Assembly: GCA_026770705.1 (NCBI GenBank)
Contig: JANJGN010000035.1
Span: 2,604,001 to 2,668,000 of the forward strand
Length of the DNA stretch: 64,000 bases
DNA from: Isurus oxyrinchus
Taxonomy: Eukaryota
Reading direction: 5' to 3'
Of this stretch, positions 1 to 13,364 are shown piece after piece. The translations under genes and the position numbers were made by a program. Positions within the stretch are counted from its first letter, which is position 1; every line of letters starts with the position of its first letter. Below the pieces are notes generated by a model. It searched no databases, had not been told where the DNA came from, and was given only the letters and a program-made list of their open reading frames with translations.

Positions 1-345
1 ATCAGCCACATAATCGCTAGCAGTGAAATACTCAGCACGCTCCAAGCAACAATGACTTACCGGGAATTCCAAAGGATGTGAGAATTGGTTAGTAAATTTC
101 CGTTAGTTGCAAAATCGTTGGCCGGATCATTTCCGTAGAAGACTGCGATGGATTACTCAATTTTCTGAATTGCATTAAAGATCCATAAAAGTTTCCGAAT
201 TTATAGGCCAATTTGTGTTGCGGTGAGGAAATCAGCTTACACAATAATTAGACAAAACAAAACTGCGGATGCTGGAAATCCAAAACAAAAACAGAATTAC
301 CTGGAAAAACTCAGCAGGTCTGGCAGCATCGGCGGAGAAGAGAAG

Positions 346-384
346 AGTTGACGTTTCGAGTCCTCATGACCCTTCGACAGAACT
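346..384 (-). ncRNA. Minimal type I hammerhead ribozyme motif (CUGUCGA core variant)
   Basis: Reverse complement reads AGTT-CTGTCGA-A-GGGTC-ATGAG-GACTC-GAAAC-GTC-AACT, giving stem I, stem II and a palindromic ACGT stem III. Confidence 0.75.
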
Positions 385-1824
385 TGATTTCGAGTCCAAG
401 AAAAAGTTGAAATATAAGCTGGTTTAAGGTGTGTGTGTGGTGGGCGGAGAGATAGAGAGAGAGAGAGAGAGAGAGGTTGGGGGGGTTGGGGGGGGGTGGG
501 GGTTGGGGGTGTGGTTGTATGGACAAACAAGCAGTGATAGAAGCAGATCATCAAAAGATGTCAACCACAATGGTACAATAGAACACATAGGTGTTAAAGT
601 TAAAGTTGGTGATATTATCTAAACGAATGTGCTAATTAAGAATAGATGGTAGGGCACTCAAGGTATAGCTCTAATGGGGGTGGGAGAGCATAAAAGATTT
701 TAAAATATTTAAAAATAATGGAAATAGGTGGGAAAAGAAAAATCTATATAATTTATTGGAAAAAAAAGAAAGGGGGAAACAGAAATGGGGTGGGGATGGG
801 GGAGGGAGCTCACAACCTAAAGTTGTTGAATTCAATATTCAGTCCGGAAGGCTGTAAAGTGCCTAGTCGGAAGATGAAGTGTTGTTCCTCCAGTTTGCGT
901 TGGGCTTCACTGGAACAATGCAGCAAGCCAAGGACAGACATGTGGGCAAGAGAGCAGGGTGGAGTGTTAAAATGGCAAGCGACAGGGAGGTTTGGGTCAT
1001 TCTTGCGGACAGACCACAGGTGTTCTGCAAAGCGGTCGCCCGGTTTACGTTTGGTCTCTCCAATGTAGAGGAGACCACATTGGGAGCAACGAATGCAGTA
1101 GACTAAGTTGGGGGAAATGCAAGTGAAATGCTGCTTCACTTGAAAGGAGTGTTTGGGCCCTTGGACGGTGAGGAGAGAGGAAGTGAAGGGGCAGGTGTTA
1201 CATCTTTTGCGTGGGCATGGGGTGGTGCCATAGGAGGGGGTTGAGGAGTAGGGGGTGATGGAGGAGTGGACCAGGGTGTCCCGGAATTGTTCCAGTGAAG
1301 CCCAACGCAAACTGAAGGAACAACACCTCATCTTCCGACTAGGCACCTTACAGCCTTCCGGACTGAATATTGAATTCAACAACTTTAGGTCGTGAGCTCC
1401 CTCCCCAATCCCCACCCCATTTCTGTTTCCCCCTTTCTTTTTTTCCAATAAATTATATAGATTTTTCTTTTCCCACCTATTTCCATTATTTTTAAATATT
1501 TTAAAATCTTTTATGCTCTCCCCACCCCCATTAGAGCTATACCTTGAGTGCCCTACCATCCATTCTTAATTAGCACATTCGTTTAGATAATATCACCAAC
1601 TTTAACTTTAACACCTATGTGTTCTATTGTACCATTGTCGTTGACATCTTTTGATGATCTGCTTCTATCACTGCTTGTTTGTCCATACAACTACACCCCC
1701 AACACCCCCCCCCCCAACCACCCCCCCCCCCCAACCTCTCTCTCTCTCTCTCTCTATCTCTCCGCTCACCACGCACACACCTTAAACCAGCTTATATTTC
1801 AACTTTTTCTTGGACTCGAACTCA

Positions 1825-1863
1825 AGTTCTATCGAAGGGTCATGAGGACTCGAAACGTCAATT
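1825..1863 (+). ncRNA. Hammerhead motif copy with mutated core (CUAUCGA)
   Basis: Same motif in the inverted pLTR with a G5-to-A change, so probably inactive. Confidence 0.6.
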
Positions 1864-3234
1864 CTTTTCTTCTCCGCCGATGCTGCCAGACCTGCTGAGT
1901 TTTTCCAGGTAATTCTGTTTTTGTTCCCCTCTGTACAGTGTTGGATTCCTGGGGCTTCATATTATTCTTTTGCGATCTTGACTCGTCCATTGCAGAATGT
2001 AAACGTGTTATAAAATGTAATTGCTTAACGTAGACTTCATGTCTTCTGTGGTGAAACCTCGTGATGACTCGGCGTTATTATTACTGACGATGATATTTCT
2101 CTGACATTAAGAATACTGGCGATGTCCGTATATTTGTGCTGTTGCTATCAGTCAGCAGTACTAGTCATTATAAACTCTAACATTAATAGTGGAAAACATA
2201 TTGGAAAATAACCCGTGCTGGTTTTATCAGTGCAAACTCCAGTCAAAAATAAGGATGCCCTGCTCCAACATTACTTGTTGGGAAATACAAGCAGAAAATG
2301 CTGGGAATTCTTAGAAGATCCTGCAGCATCAGTGGAGAGTCAATCAGAGTTAATGTTTCAGGTAATGGTCAGCATTGACTTTTTCAATTTCAGGTTTCCA
2401 TCATCGCCATATTTTGTTTTTGGGTTATTGTTTTTGATCCTGTTCCAGAACTTTCACAGTGACTCTATTCTAGTTATTTGGTGATATTAGCATAACATCA
2501 CTGGTGGTAACCCAACTGTGGGGTTACAGGACAGGCTCCTACTCAACTCTTATTCGTGATATCCTTTCACTAACATTACTGTGGGTGAGGTCACCGTTAA
2601 TTTTTTTACTGTTAATTTAATATTACTGAGGAAGCCTCTGCACAAGCATTAATAGTTGTGTCCATGCAGAGAATCATTACAATATTTCGATTTGTAACCC
2701 TAATCCAACGTTATTTTTCAGACCCTACGCAAAGTTATTCGTGATGAAAACATTGCTGGAGGTAATCCAGTGCCTCCAAGTAATTTTCTAGTTTTGTTTT
2801 ATTTCCTTCCTAAACCAGATCACCCGATTATAAGGTAAAAGTTCGCATTGCCGTAATTAATGCGGATATATTTCAATCAATACTCTGGGTAAAGTAGGAA
2901 AGCCCCTACTATCTAAAGCGATGCTTCTTGCAATCCTCTGTTTCACATTTGGAGTATTTTTAATACTTTGTTTAAGTATCATTACACACGTACTCTTGGG
3001 CATAATTAAAAGAGAAATAAGGAAAATTCTCCGATACATTTCGGTTGTAACTGGGCTTGGAGAATGAAACGGTGGCATGACATGTCACTGAAAAATTGTT
3101 GAGTGATCAGAGAAATAAAGTATACGCTCAAATTTAATGCAGGAGGAAAATTTGTATCCTTGAATATGTACAGTTGATGTTGACGTTTACACCGTACACA
3201 CAAAACGGAGTCACAAAATGAAACGGAACGTCAA

Positions 3235-3332
3235 CCAATGGAGAATATTACTTCTTCCAATTGGCGAGACATCAATTGTGTGTCACACCAATCGACAGTG
3301 AAAAAAAAGGTAAAAATTCGCTTTAGCCCAAT
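3235..3332 (+). promoter_or_regulatory. Cluster of four CCAAT boxes (possible relic NF-Y promoter)
   Basis: CCAAT starts at 3235, 3257, 3288 and 3328. A CR1 fragment follows immediately downstream. Confidence 0.35.
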
Positions 3333-3399
3333 GGACTTACGAATGACAGTAGTCGCTTTCAAGAGAAGAGCTAAATGTAGCTATTAAACTGAGAGCAGA

Positions 3400-4035
3400 T
3401 GCAAGGATGATAATGTGGTGAATTGCATAAGCAAGTTGGCTGATGACACGAAGATTGGAGGCGTTGTGGACAGCGAGGAAGGCTTTCAAAACTTGCAGAG
3501 AGATCTGGACCAGCTGGAAAAATGGGCCAGAAAATGGCAGATGGAATTTAATGTGTAAAAGTGTGAGGTGTTGCATTTTGGAAGGTCAAACCAAGGTAGG
3601 ACATACACACTAAATGGTAGGGCACTGAGGAGAGCAGAGGAAAAAAAGTATCTTGGAGTTCAGATACATAGTTCCCTGAAAGTGGCGTCACAGGTAGACA
3701 AGGTTGTAAAGAAAGCTTGTGGCATACTCGCTTTCATAAATCAAAGTATCGAGTATAGGAGTTGGGATGTTATGGTGAGGTTGTATAAGACATTGCTGAG
3801 GCCAACTTTGGAGTTTTGTGTGCAGTTCTGGTCGCCTAACTACAGGAAGGATATCAGTAAGATTGAGAGAGTGCAGAGAAGATTTACTAGGATGTTGCTG
3901 GGTCTTAAAGAGTTGAGTTACAGGGAAAGATTAAACAGGTTAGTACTTTATTCCTTGGAGCGTAGAAGAATGAGGGGAGATATGATAGAAGTTTACAAAA
4001 TTATGAGTAAATGCGAGTAGGCCCTTTCCACTTTG
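3400..4035 (+). mobile_element. CR1 LINE fragment (RT C-terminal part)
   Basis: SKLADDTKIGGVVDSEE, then ORF 3568-4020 LHFGRSN...RPTLEFCVQFWSP...RRRMRGDMIEVYKIM, typical of CR1 ORF2. Confidence 0.92.
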
Positions 4036-4074
4036 GTACTCCATGCCCTGATTAATAAAATCCAGGATTCGGGG

Positions 4075-4440
4075 ACCAGAGCTGCTTACTCAAACTGTCC
4101 TGCCAGCTTCAATGATTAATGCAGATAGTCACCTAAGTCCCTCTTCTCCTCCATCAATTTAGAATTATGCCCTTCATTTTATGTCAGCCCTCCTCGTTCA
4201 TCTGACCAAAATGTATCACTTCACACTCCAGCGCATTAAAGTTCACCTGCCCCGAGTCTTCCCATTCCACCAGCTTATACATATCCTCTTGAAGTCCATC
4301 ATTAAATTCCACAAATTTCACAATACTTCCAAGTCATGCATCATCCTCAAATTCTGAAACTATGCCCTGCACTCCCAGGCCTACGCTATTGATATGAATC
4401 AAGAAATGCAGTGGTCCAGCTACATACTGCCACCATGGCA
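4075..4440 (-). mobile_element. Degenerate CR1 LINE fragment
   Basis: Minus strand gives IVSEFEDDA (ISKFADD-like) and similarity to the other CR1 copies. Confidence 0.55.
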
Positions 4441-4889
4441 CAGCACCTGCAGCACACCCGCATCTCCCTCCCCTGCCCCCAGCCACCACAGTCACAAGTA
4501 AATAACATTTTCTGTAATTCATGCTTTAATAGTCTTGAATTCAATAACTGAGCTGTGGCATAGTGGAATTCTAGCTTTTCTAACGATTAACGGTTCACAA
4601 CACCACATGGCTCGAAATGAACTGTTTCAGGGAACAGGTCCTCAAATCATTAACACAGAGGGAACGAATGTAAGAGCTGATTTAGAAATGATATGGTTAA
4701 CTCGTTTGTTTAGAGCTCCTGAACCTCAAAATCACCCACTTCATCACTGCATTTGTATCATTCATTTTGTTGTTAATAGCTACATCAAGTCGCCTGTATA
4801 TAGCACCTCTAAAATAACTCATAAGAAGGACTTCTGGACTCAGCCAGAACCATCGGTTTCAAGTGCCACACCTGGGTGTGAAGACCAAT

Positions 4890-6055
4890 CATTATTTTTA
4901 TTCATTTACAGGATATGGTCTTCTCTGGATCCGCCAGCATTAATTGCCCATCCTTAGTTGCCCTTGAGAATTTGCTTGTGAGCTACCCTCTTGAACAATC
5001 GCAGTCCTTGTGGTATAGGTACACCATAAGTACTGTTAGGAATAGAGTTGCAGGAGTTTGACCCAGTGACAAGGAAGGATGGGAGATATATTTCCAAGTC
5101 AGGATGGTGAGTGGCTTGGAGGGGAACATCCAGGTAGTGCTGTTCCCATGTGTTTGCTGCACTTATCCTCCTAGATGGTAGCGGTCATTTGTTTGGACGG
5201 TGCTGGTTATGGAGCCTTTGTGAATTCCTGCATTAAATCATAATGCATTCTGTAGCTACTCTGCTTCGATGGTGCAGGCTATTAATGTTTGTGGATGGGA
5301 TTCCAATCAAGCGGGCTGCTTTGTATTGGATGGTGCAAATCTGCTTGAGTGTTATTGGAGCTGCACTCATCCAGGAAAGCGGAGGGTATTCCATCACACC
5401 CTTGGCATAAGCATTGTTGATGGAGGGCAGGCATTGGAGAGAAAGGAAGTGAGTTACTCGCTGCAGGATTCCTAGCCTATGACCTGCTCTCGTAGCCACA
5501 GTAATTATATGGCTAGTCCAGTTCAGTTTAATTTCACTATTAATTGCCAGGATGCTGATAGAGGGGAATTCATTGTCAGAATGTCATTAAAATCCATGGT
5601 GCAATGGTTAGATTCTCTCTTGCTGGAGGTGGTCATTGCCTGGTGCTTGTGTGGCACGCCTGCTACTTGCTACTTGTTCCCTCAAGCTGGATATTGCCCA
5701 GGTCTTGCTGCATTTGGATATGGGCTGCTTCCATGTCTGAGGAGTCGGGAATAGCACTGAACATTGTGCAGTCATCAGCAAACATCCCCACTTCTGACGT
5801 CCTGAAGGAAGGAAATCCATTGATGAAGCGGCTGAAGTTAATTGGGCAGACAACACTGCCCTGACGAATTTCTGGAGTGATGACCTTGGAACTGACCTCC
5901 AACAACCATAATCACCTTAATTTGTGAATGGTTTGAATCCAATCAGCAGAGAGTTTCCCCCTGGTTCTCATTGACTCCAATTTTGCAAGGTCTCCTTTTT
6001 GCCACACTGGGTCAAATGCTGCCTTGATATAAACGGCATTCACTTCCACCTCAAG
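4890..6055 (-). mobile_element. CR1-group LINE 3' fragment (second family)
   Basis: Minus ORFs give QGSVVCP, VGMFADDCTMFSAI and RLGILQRV...VMEYPPLSWMSAAP...IQYKAARLIG. Same family as 30.1-31.0 kb. Confidence 0.85.
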
Positions 6056-6911
6056 CGGGGAACATCACTGAAGTCAAACACATCGAACAGTTTAAGCGGA
6101 TGACTTTTTCTCAGAACTGAACAAAGGTCCGAATGAGCTTTCTTGCTTTCAGCGGGATGGTATCACAATTTCTCAAAACAAATACCATATGAAATTGTTT
6201 ACTCACTGTTCAAATAAACCACACTGGTGTTGTATCTTCCTGGAATTTCTGCAATTTAATATCTCCCCGAGAAAACATGTAATATTCAAAGTTGTAATTG
6301 TCTCTACTGCTGTTCGCTGGGTGAGGTGAGTGTAACTGCATTCTATATCAGAGCAGCATTTGACCGAGTGTGGCATTCAACAACCCTACAAAAATTAGAG
6401 TCAATGGGAATTCGGGGTTAAACTTGCTGCTGGCTCTAGGGCTGGAGCTTTTTTGAGGAAGGCTTTGGAATTTTATGATTCTCAGAATTTAGAACGTTAT
6501 TCCCAATGAGCTTTTTTGCTTTATTAGGGTTAATATCGCACTTTCCCACAACAAACACAATATTGTTTTTTTTACCCATTCGCAAAATCCAACTCTCTGG
6601 TCTTGGTGCTTTCCTCTCCAATTTCTTCAACTTAAGTTCTCGGCACAATAAACACAATCTTCAAAACTTTTACAGTTCAGTGCAGACAGCTGTGTAACTA
6701 CAGTTGTCACATCACAAGCCTCGAGTGAGTAGCGAGTAGTCATTGTAAATTTGGAGATTTGTGCAATGAATCCAAAGGGAGGCTGCTGGTCTGCCTGTGA
6801 GGGAAATGCGATGTAGAGGGTGAATTACCAAACTAGGGAATGCAAGCAAACTATGGTTTGCAGTGCCTCATGACAGATTGTGAAGGCTTCTGTGGGAAGC
6901 TTGTGTGATCC

Positions 6912-6984
6912 AGCTGGATATCTCAAACAGTAAAACATAAAAGGTTTAATCTGTGGGTCTGTGGTTCGAGTCCCGGTCCAAACG
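6912..6984 (+). pseudogene. tRNA-Lys(TTT) pseudogene
   Basis: Colinear over 73 nt with vertebrate tRNA-Lys-TTT (ctggata...tttaatctgtgggtctgtggttcgagtcccggtccaaacg). D-arm and stems disrupted; TTTT follows. Confidence 0.75.
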
Positions 6985-8816
6985 CTGCCTTTTGAGTCCA
7001 GGTGATTTCCCCCTCTACACCCCCTACCCCCCACCCCCCGCCGTGAAACTACAGGGTGGAAAAGTGTAAGGGATGCTGAATTCTTCAAGAGAGCAGAAGA
7101 GACAGATACTTCTTCATTAGCAAATAAATACTGCCTTCAGGAAATTATTGCAGTTTCGATCAACTCTTAAGAATTATTTCTAGATTTACAGTTGCCCTAA
7201 ATGTGGAAATAGATTCTTGATTTTTCTCTTGGTTGGCATGGACACCATCGCTGTGAATCAATGTCAAAAATGTGAATTGATTCCACCCCACACCTACCGC
7301 CAGGGATAGCAGCTTCTCTCGTTTTAACCTAACTTGTGGTTTATACGGAATGGAAACTTCAGTCAAATCACCCTTCATTCTTCTTTTCTAAAGATAAAAT
7401 AAACAATGAAAAGCCCTGAAATGGAAAACTAACGTGTGGGACAAGGCGGCAGATTGAAAATAGGTGAATTTCTCCATCAGAGAGCCTGCACAGACAGGAT
7501 GGAACAAACGTTTTGTGCTCTATCTGTTCTATGATTATACCTTTCTATAATTATCAAAGCTGAACTCCTGAAGTAACCAACTGAACTCTGAAATCCAACT
7601 GGTGAATCAGCACTGTTTCCACTCCAAGGCCAACATACGCCTGGTGGTTCATCGGAGTAGTGCCTGTAAGAACATGAGAAACAGGAGCAGATGTATCATG
7701 GATTTGACGGCTTCTCAACAAATTCCTGATCTTTCTGGTGGATCTTCTGCCTCAACTGCACCTTCCAGAGAATTCTCAATTCCCCCTGTCGTACAGCGCC
7801 ATCACAGATAAAGCATACATGATTAATTTTAAGCCACTGAAGAGGTGAACATTGATCTCTACTGCACAATAATAGACTACAATTCAAAAACTTGTTTGCA
7901 TGTTTTTTATGCCTCTTTTAGTGACATGCATTGTATTCTAATTGCAGCAGCAAGTTCAGGACAATTGTCTGAATATCGATTGTAATGAGTGTTAACTCGG
8001 ATATGACAGCCTGGAAGTTTTGGTCTACAAATGATTTTTTCTTGTCCATGTGCAGTGATGGTTTGTGAGCCCTCTACCTGGAGACTTAAATCCATTTGCT
8101 TTTCCACGATCCCTTCCTTCTCACCAGATAGCAAATATTCTCCTTGCTCAATTGGTCCCTGAAAGATATGTTCCTTGTCTATTCTCCATACCCTTACTGA
8201 CAGGCTCTGCATCTACTGCCCATTGTATTCCTATTCCGTCTCCTATGTTCTGAATACACACACAGCCTGGGGAAGCAGATTCTTTCAAGCCATTGTATCG
8301 AATCCACAAGCACTTTTCTTGGTAGTTTTCCAAATCTAAATGGCAGAATAGAATACGAAAATAGAAAAATCATAGTCGAATATAACTGGATTCTCTTTGT
8401 GTTTCTGCCAACAAAATCTTTATTTCCTGTTGCGGATTGCGTGACAGCAGTTTTTCAATGTGCAAGTATTTATAATTAACGTTGTGACCTTTGAAAATGG
8501 AATTGTGTTTCTTGGTGTGCTAGCTCTGAATTAATATGTGTGTAACTGTGTTATCTCTCAATGCACTTGTGTGTATCTGCGTTGTGTGTAAGTATATTTA
8601 AGAGTGATTGGGAAAAGAAGAGAAACAGGCAGAAAAAAAATATTTCTGCATCAAACCAGATTCAGACCAAATGAGGAAAATACAGATCTCTGTAACCAGA
8701 AGAATGAAAAAGTACACTTATATTCAGCACAAGAAGTCAAAATTACACTATAGACGGCCACTTTATGAGCGTTGTTTTGGGCGGAGGTAAGTGTGGTTTA
8801 TTGACTACCAAGTTAT

Positions 8817-8898
8817 GTAGTTGTGGCTAAGTGGTTAACGCGATGAAGTAGAAATCCATTCGGGTATTCTTGTGCAGATACGAATCCTGTCGACTGCA
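8817..8898 (+). pseudogene. tRNA-Ser(AGA) pseudogene
   Basis: 82 nt colinear with tRNA-Ser-AGA (gtagttgtggctaagtggttaacgcgatgaagtagaaatccatt...cgaatcctgtcgactgca). T-loop reads GATACGA instead of GGTTCGA. Confidence 0.85.
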
Positions 8899-10569
8899 CA
8901 GCTCCTTTTACTTGCGCAGATTAAAATTTGGACCAAGTTCCTTTTACACAAATCATACCTTACGTGGGATGATACACCACACCTTTCAACAACATAAGCC
9001 AGTTTCCTTATTCTTATTCATCTGCGTGTATTCACGAAATTCCTTTCATAAATACAGCAAATATCAGCTAAATTAATGACACCCACCTTTTCTTCCCTCT
9101 CTCACAATGTCTAAGTCACTTTATGTCTTATAATATGTGTCCTACCTTGTGCGTGGGCATGTTTATGTGTGCATTTGTAGTGTTCCGTTGCGCGTTGTTT
9201 TTGTTTATTGCTCCTGCATTGTTCTTATTTATTGAGTTGTTCTAAGACACTCTCCTTCAAAAGCCTTTCCAATTTTGTTTTAAACTTATTCACAAAATTA
9301 TCTTCTACCACTTTTTCAGTTGGGGCGTTGCAGATCCCAACGACTCAGTGCATATGTCTCTGCTAACATCCTCTGTATATCATTTACTCAATGACTTTGT
9401 ATCCACGTCTTTAGCTATTGACCTACAAGCAGAGGGACGCTTTTCCTGTTTACCCTGGCCAAACCTCACGTGATGTGGAAAATCACAATTAGATGATTTT
9501 CTAATCTTCTCTGTCCGAAGTGCAACAGCCAGAACTTCCCCAGCAACACCTCATGACTGAACGATTTCATCCTTGGAAACCTCCCTGTGAGCGTCCTCAG
9601 CCTCCTTTCTCATGCTTTTCTGAAGATCGGTGACCATCCTTAACCACAGGGCTCCTTACTAATGTCGAACTGCAGTTGCTAACGTTTTAGCATGATCTCG
9701 ATGCTTGAATACACTATTTTTCGATGTATAAACCCAAATAACCAATGTACTTTTCGAAGTACAATACAAACTTTGTGGTATGGAGACAAATATCCCTCTG
9801 CCCATCCCCATTTTACAAAAACTCACACTTATACACTGTAGCGACTTTCCATAATAGTTCTGCCAAAGTTCATAATTTCATCGCTTACATCCTCGTATTG
9901 AAATGTGTATACTTTTTTAATCTGTTATTATTATTTGTGCTTCTTAATTTCTGAACTCCTTTCTCAGTGGGTCTTTGTTTCCCTGGAAGCCTTTCTCTTT
10001 TCCACTTTCAACTAATGACGCGATAGAATTGCGACGCGTATCTCTGTCCTTCATTCTCTACTTGACGCTTTTTGAATATCTGTCTGTTTGTCTCTGTTTC
10101 CCTTTCCTTGACATCTCTATTTAATAATAAAAAAATCTCCCAATCGGATGAAGGTATAGGCGCAGGACCATTCTCATATCCCGTGATCAGCACAGTATTC
10201 AATAACCGATGGATTTCAGCTTTGAATATACTGAGCTCTCCCAATCCTCTAGGGTAAGGTGCTTCAAAGTTTGAATGAAGCTCAATTTCTACTCATCACT
10301 AATTATACTCAACTTCAAAGAGAATAACCTCATTTTACTCCATCCCTCCTCTGAATCCAGGAATGAATCAGGGATCAAGCTCTATTATCAACACGTGCAG
10401 TTCGACCTTTTAAATCGCAGTCTCTATTCAGCAGGTCAGACAGCACCTTTGGCTTTCCGACCTGAAATATTGACATTTTTCCTCTCCAAGGAAGATGTAG
10501 TGTTTGCAGAGCATAACAGGAATTTTCTATTTTTACTTCAGAATTCCAATATCTGCAGTTACTCCGAAC

Positions 10570-11820
10570 ATACGAACTAGGAGCAGAAGTTCGCAATTGC
10601 CCCCGCGAGGCTGCTCCTCTGCTCAGAAAGATCATAGCTGATGTGTTTGCATTTCAAGTTCCACATCCCCATCTACCCCAAGAATCTGTCTGCCTCTATC
10701 TTCAAAATATTAAATGATACCGCCTCTACTCCCTTCTGAGGTAGGGAGTTCCAACGTTGCATAACCGTTTGAGAGAGAAAAAAATCTTCATTTCTGCCCT
10801 ACAACGAACACAACTAATTTTGAGAGAGTACCCCCTAGTCTTTGGCTCAACCACAAGGGGAAACGTCATTTCCACGTCCTCAAGGCCAGTTAGCATCTTA
10901 TATACTTCAATGAAGAAACTCCTCACTCTTCTAAGCTACAATGGAAACAAACCCAACCTGTCCAAACTATCCTCATAAGAGAACCCGTTAATTCCAGGTA
11001 TCAATGTTGTGAACCCCCTCTGAACTGCCTACAACTCACTTACATCACACCTTAAGTAAACTGCAAGACAGCATTAGAGACGTGGCGACATAAATGCCCT
11101 ATAGAATTGAAGCATACCATCCTTACTTCGGTGATTCATTCCTCTAGTAATAAATGATAGCATTCTATTAGGCTTCTGCATAACTTGCAGTACCTGCATG
11201 CTAAGTTTTTTTGACTCATGAACTACGACACCTAGATGCCTCTGAAATTTGGAACTCTGCAGGCGTTCTCTGTGTAATTAATGTTTTCATTTAAATTCTC
11301 CATGGCAAAGTGAACAACTTCACGTTTTCCAATGCTTTAATCCATCTACCAGATTTTTGTCCACTCACTCAACCCATCCCTTTTCCATCTGCAAATTATT
11401 TGGTCTTTTTCACAAATTTCCTACCTATCTTTGTGAGATCTGCAAATTTAGCTTCCAGGCCTTCACTCTCCTCATCCAAGCCATTGATGTAATTTTTTAA
11501 AAGTTGAGGCCCCAGCATATAATCATGCAGTTCCCCACTTGTCACATCCTGTCAATCAGACAAAGACCCATGTATATTGCTCTCTGGTTCTGAAAGACAG
11601 CCAGCCTTCTCTCCATGCCAATGTATTACCCCCTGCGCCATGAGCATTTATTTTCTGCAATAACCTTTGATGTTGCACCTTCTCAAATGTCTTTTCGAAA
11701 TACAAGTGCAGAACGTCTACAGGTTCCCCTTCATCAAGAAAACATGCTTCTCCTTCAAAAAAAAAACTGTAATTAATTGTTGAAACGTGATTTGCCTTTC
11801 ACAAAACCTTGCTTTTGCGA
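10570..11820 (-). mobile_element. CR1 LINE 3' portion
   Basis: Minus ORF IEVYKMLTGLEDVEMTFPLVVEPKTRGYSLKI plus a CR1-type 3' UTR; similar to 37.6-39.5 kb. Confidence 0.85.
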
Positions 11821-13364
11821 GAGTCTGGTGAACCATTGTTATATCATATCTACTGGAAGTATTTCCTTCTTCAGGCCGGGACTCAATACTGACAATTATT
11901 CATTTATTTCAAGTCCTTTACAGCAAAGGCTGCCCAAAAGAAAGAGAAAGAGGCCGATGTCAACATCCTGAGACTACCTACCTCACAAGACTCTTAGTGT
12001 ACCCACTCCACATGGATTGCAGCAGTTCAAGAAGGCAGCACGCGATCAGGTTCTCGAGGAGAATTAGGGATAGGCAATGAATGATGGCTTAGCCAACGAC
12101 GCCCATGCCCCATCAATGAATTAAAAATCACCCCGACCTTCAGTATAGAATGAGCAATATGGTTTGATTTTTTTGTTTTCACGTCGTCGTGCTCAATGCA
12201 TGTAATGAAGGAGCAAAGCAGGTTGTGGGATCTGATTTCTGCAGAAATTTCTGGAGATTTATTTAAGTCCTTAACAGCAGCAATGGGCAATGCCTTGGGT
12301 TTGACTGCCTCGAAACTGGGAGCTTAACAGTATTTTTCGTACTCATCTACAAGTACAGAATGAAATTTGGACTGGGAGACCAATTCCACTTTGCTTCCTT
12401 GCTCCATGGTTTCTAGCTTCGCATCACGGAGAAAATATTACACCGGTTTATCACCCTGTGCCTGCAATATCTGCTCTTTGTGTAACACCCACATTCTTAC
12501 TGACAGGCTCTGCTTCTACTGTTTACTATTCTTCCCTTTCGCACCGGTGTGTCGTGTACACACAGTTCGAGGAGGGAATAATATGGATTAATCTTATCGA
12601 AACCTGTAGCTTTTTCAGTTGGTAGCCTTTCAAATCGATACAATACATGGAACACGGTGTAATTTTGAATATGTAAATTGGTGCTCTACGCATTTCTAGA
12701 AACAAAAACTGCCATTCTTATAGCTCTTTTAACAAAGCTGCTAAGGTGTCTCCAGTCTGGGTTACATCTGCTTCGAGATATGTCCATTTCTGAATAATAT
12801 TGTAATATTTGCAAAGGGATTTGTGGGTGCATATTATTCGGGAGATGTGTGTGAACCTATGTGCTATTTCTCAATGTACTTGTGTTTTGAGTGTACTGCA
12901 ACGTAAATACATCTGAATGAAGTCAGATCAGGCGAATTAATGAACAGAAAATATAGATACATCTCACTAGGCCTGTAAACAGCTGAGTCATAAAATACAT
13001 CACACAAAGTCAAAGGGATATAAAAATGAGCTCTGGTCGGTTCAATTATATTTGCAATGATCGCTGAAGGCTCAGAGCCGTTTCCTGCTAACCTAGTAAT
13101 TAGCTATGGATGCTTTCTCCAACTCCGCCCTTTCAAGATGGTACATTTTACAGAAAAACTAACCTCTTAGATAATTTTTGTCGGTGAAGACCAATTCCTT
13201 TCACACCATGAAGAGCCGCTGCACGTGGACCCAAACGTTTGTCAGTTGAGAAAGACATTTTGCGTGTTATCAACATTCATAAATTCATAAATCATAATAT
13301 CTGCACGATGCAAACACTTAATTGTTTGCTCAGGGGTGAAAGAAAGTCTTCAGGGAGACAGTAA

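Larger units (their letters stand above)
256..1925 (-). mobile_element. Young 5'-truncated Penelope-like element (Neptune-type) with inverted pLTR, forming a long hairpin
   Basis: 256-1285 is the reverse complement of the 3' end of the element at 54.2-55.2 kb and encodes PCPRKRCNTC and NLVYCIRCSQCGLLYIGET (GIY-YIG). 1286-1925 is an inverted copy of ~286-919. The extra ~30-nt tail at 256-285 matches the 5' UTR at ~51850-51875. Confidence 0.93.

Noticed and set aside
810-1559. 249-aa ORF as a novel GIY-YIG gene
   Set aside because: It is a chimera across the PLE inversion junction; its N-terminal part is antisense pLTR sequence.
2430-2770. Loose repeats of gtgat...aacat(c/t)(a/g)ctg
   Set aside because: Too degenerate and irregularly spaced to define a unit.
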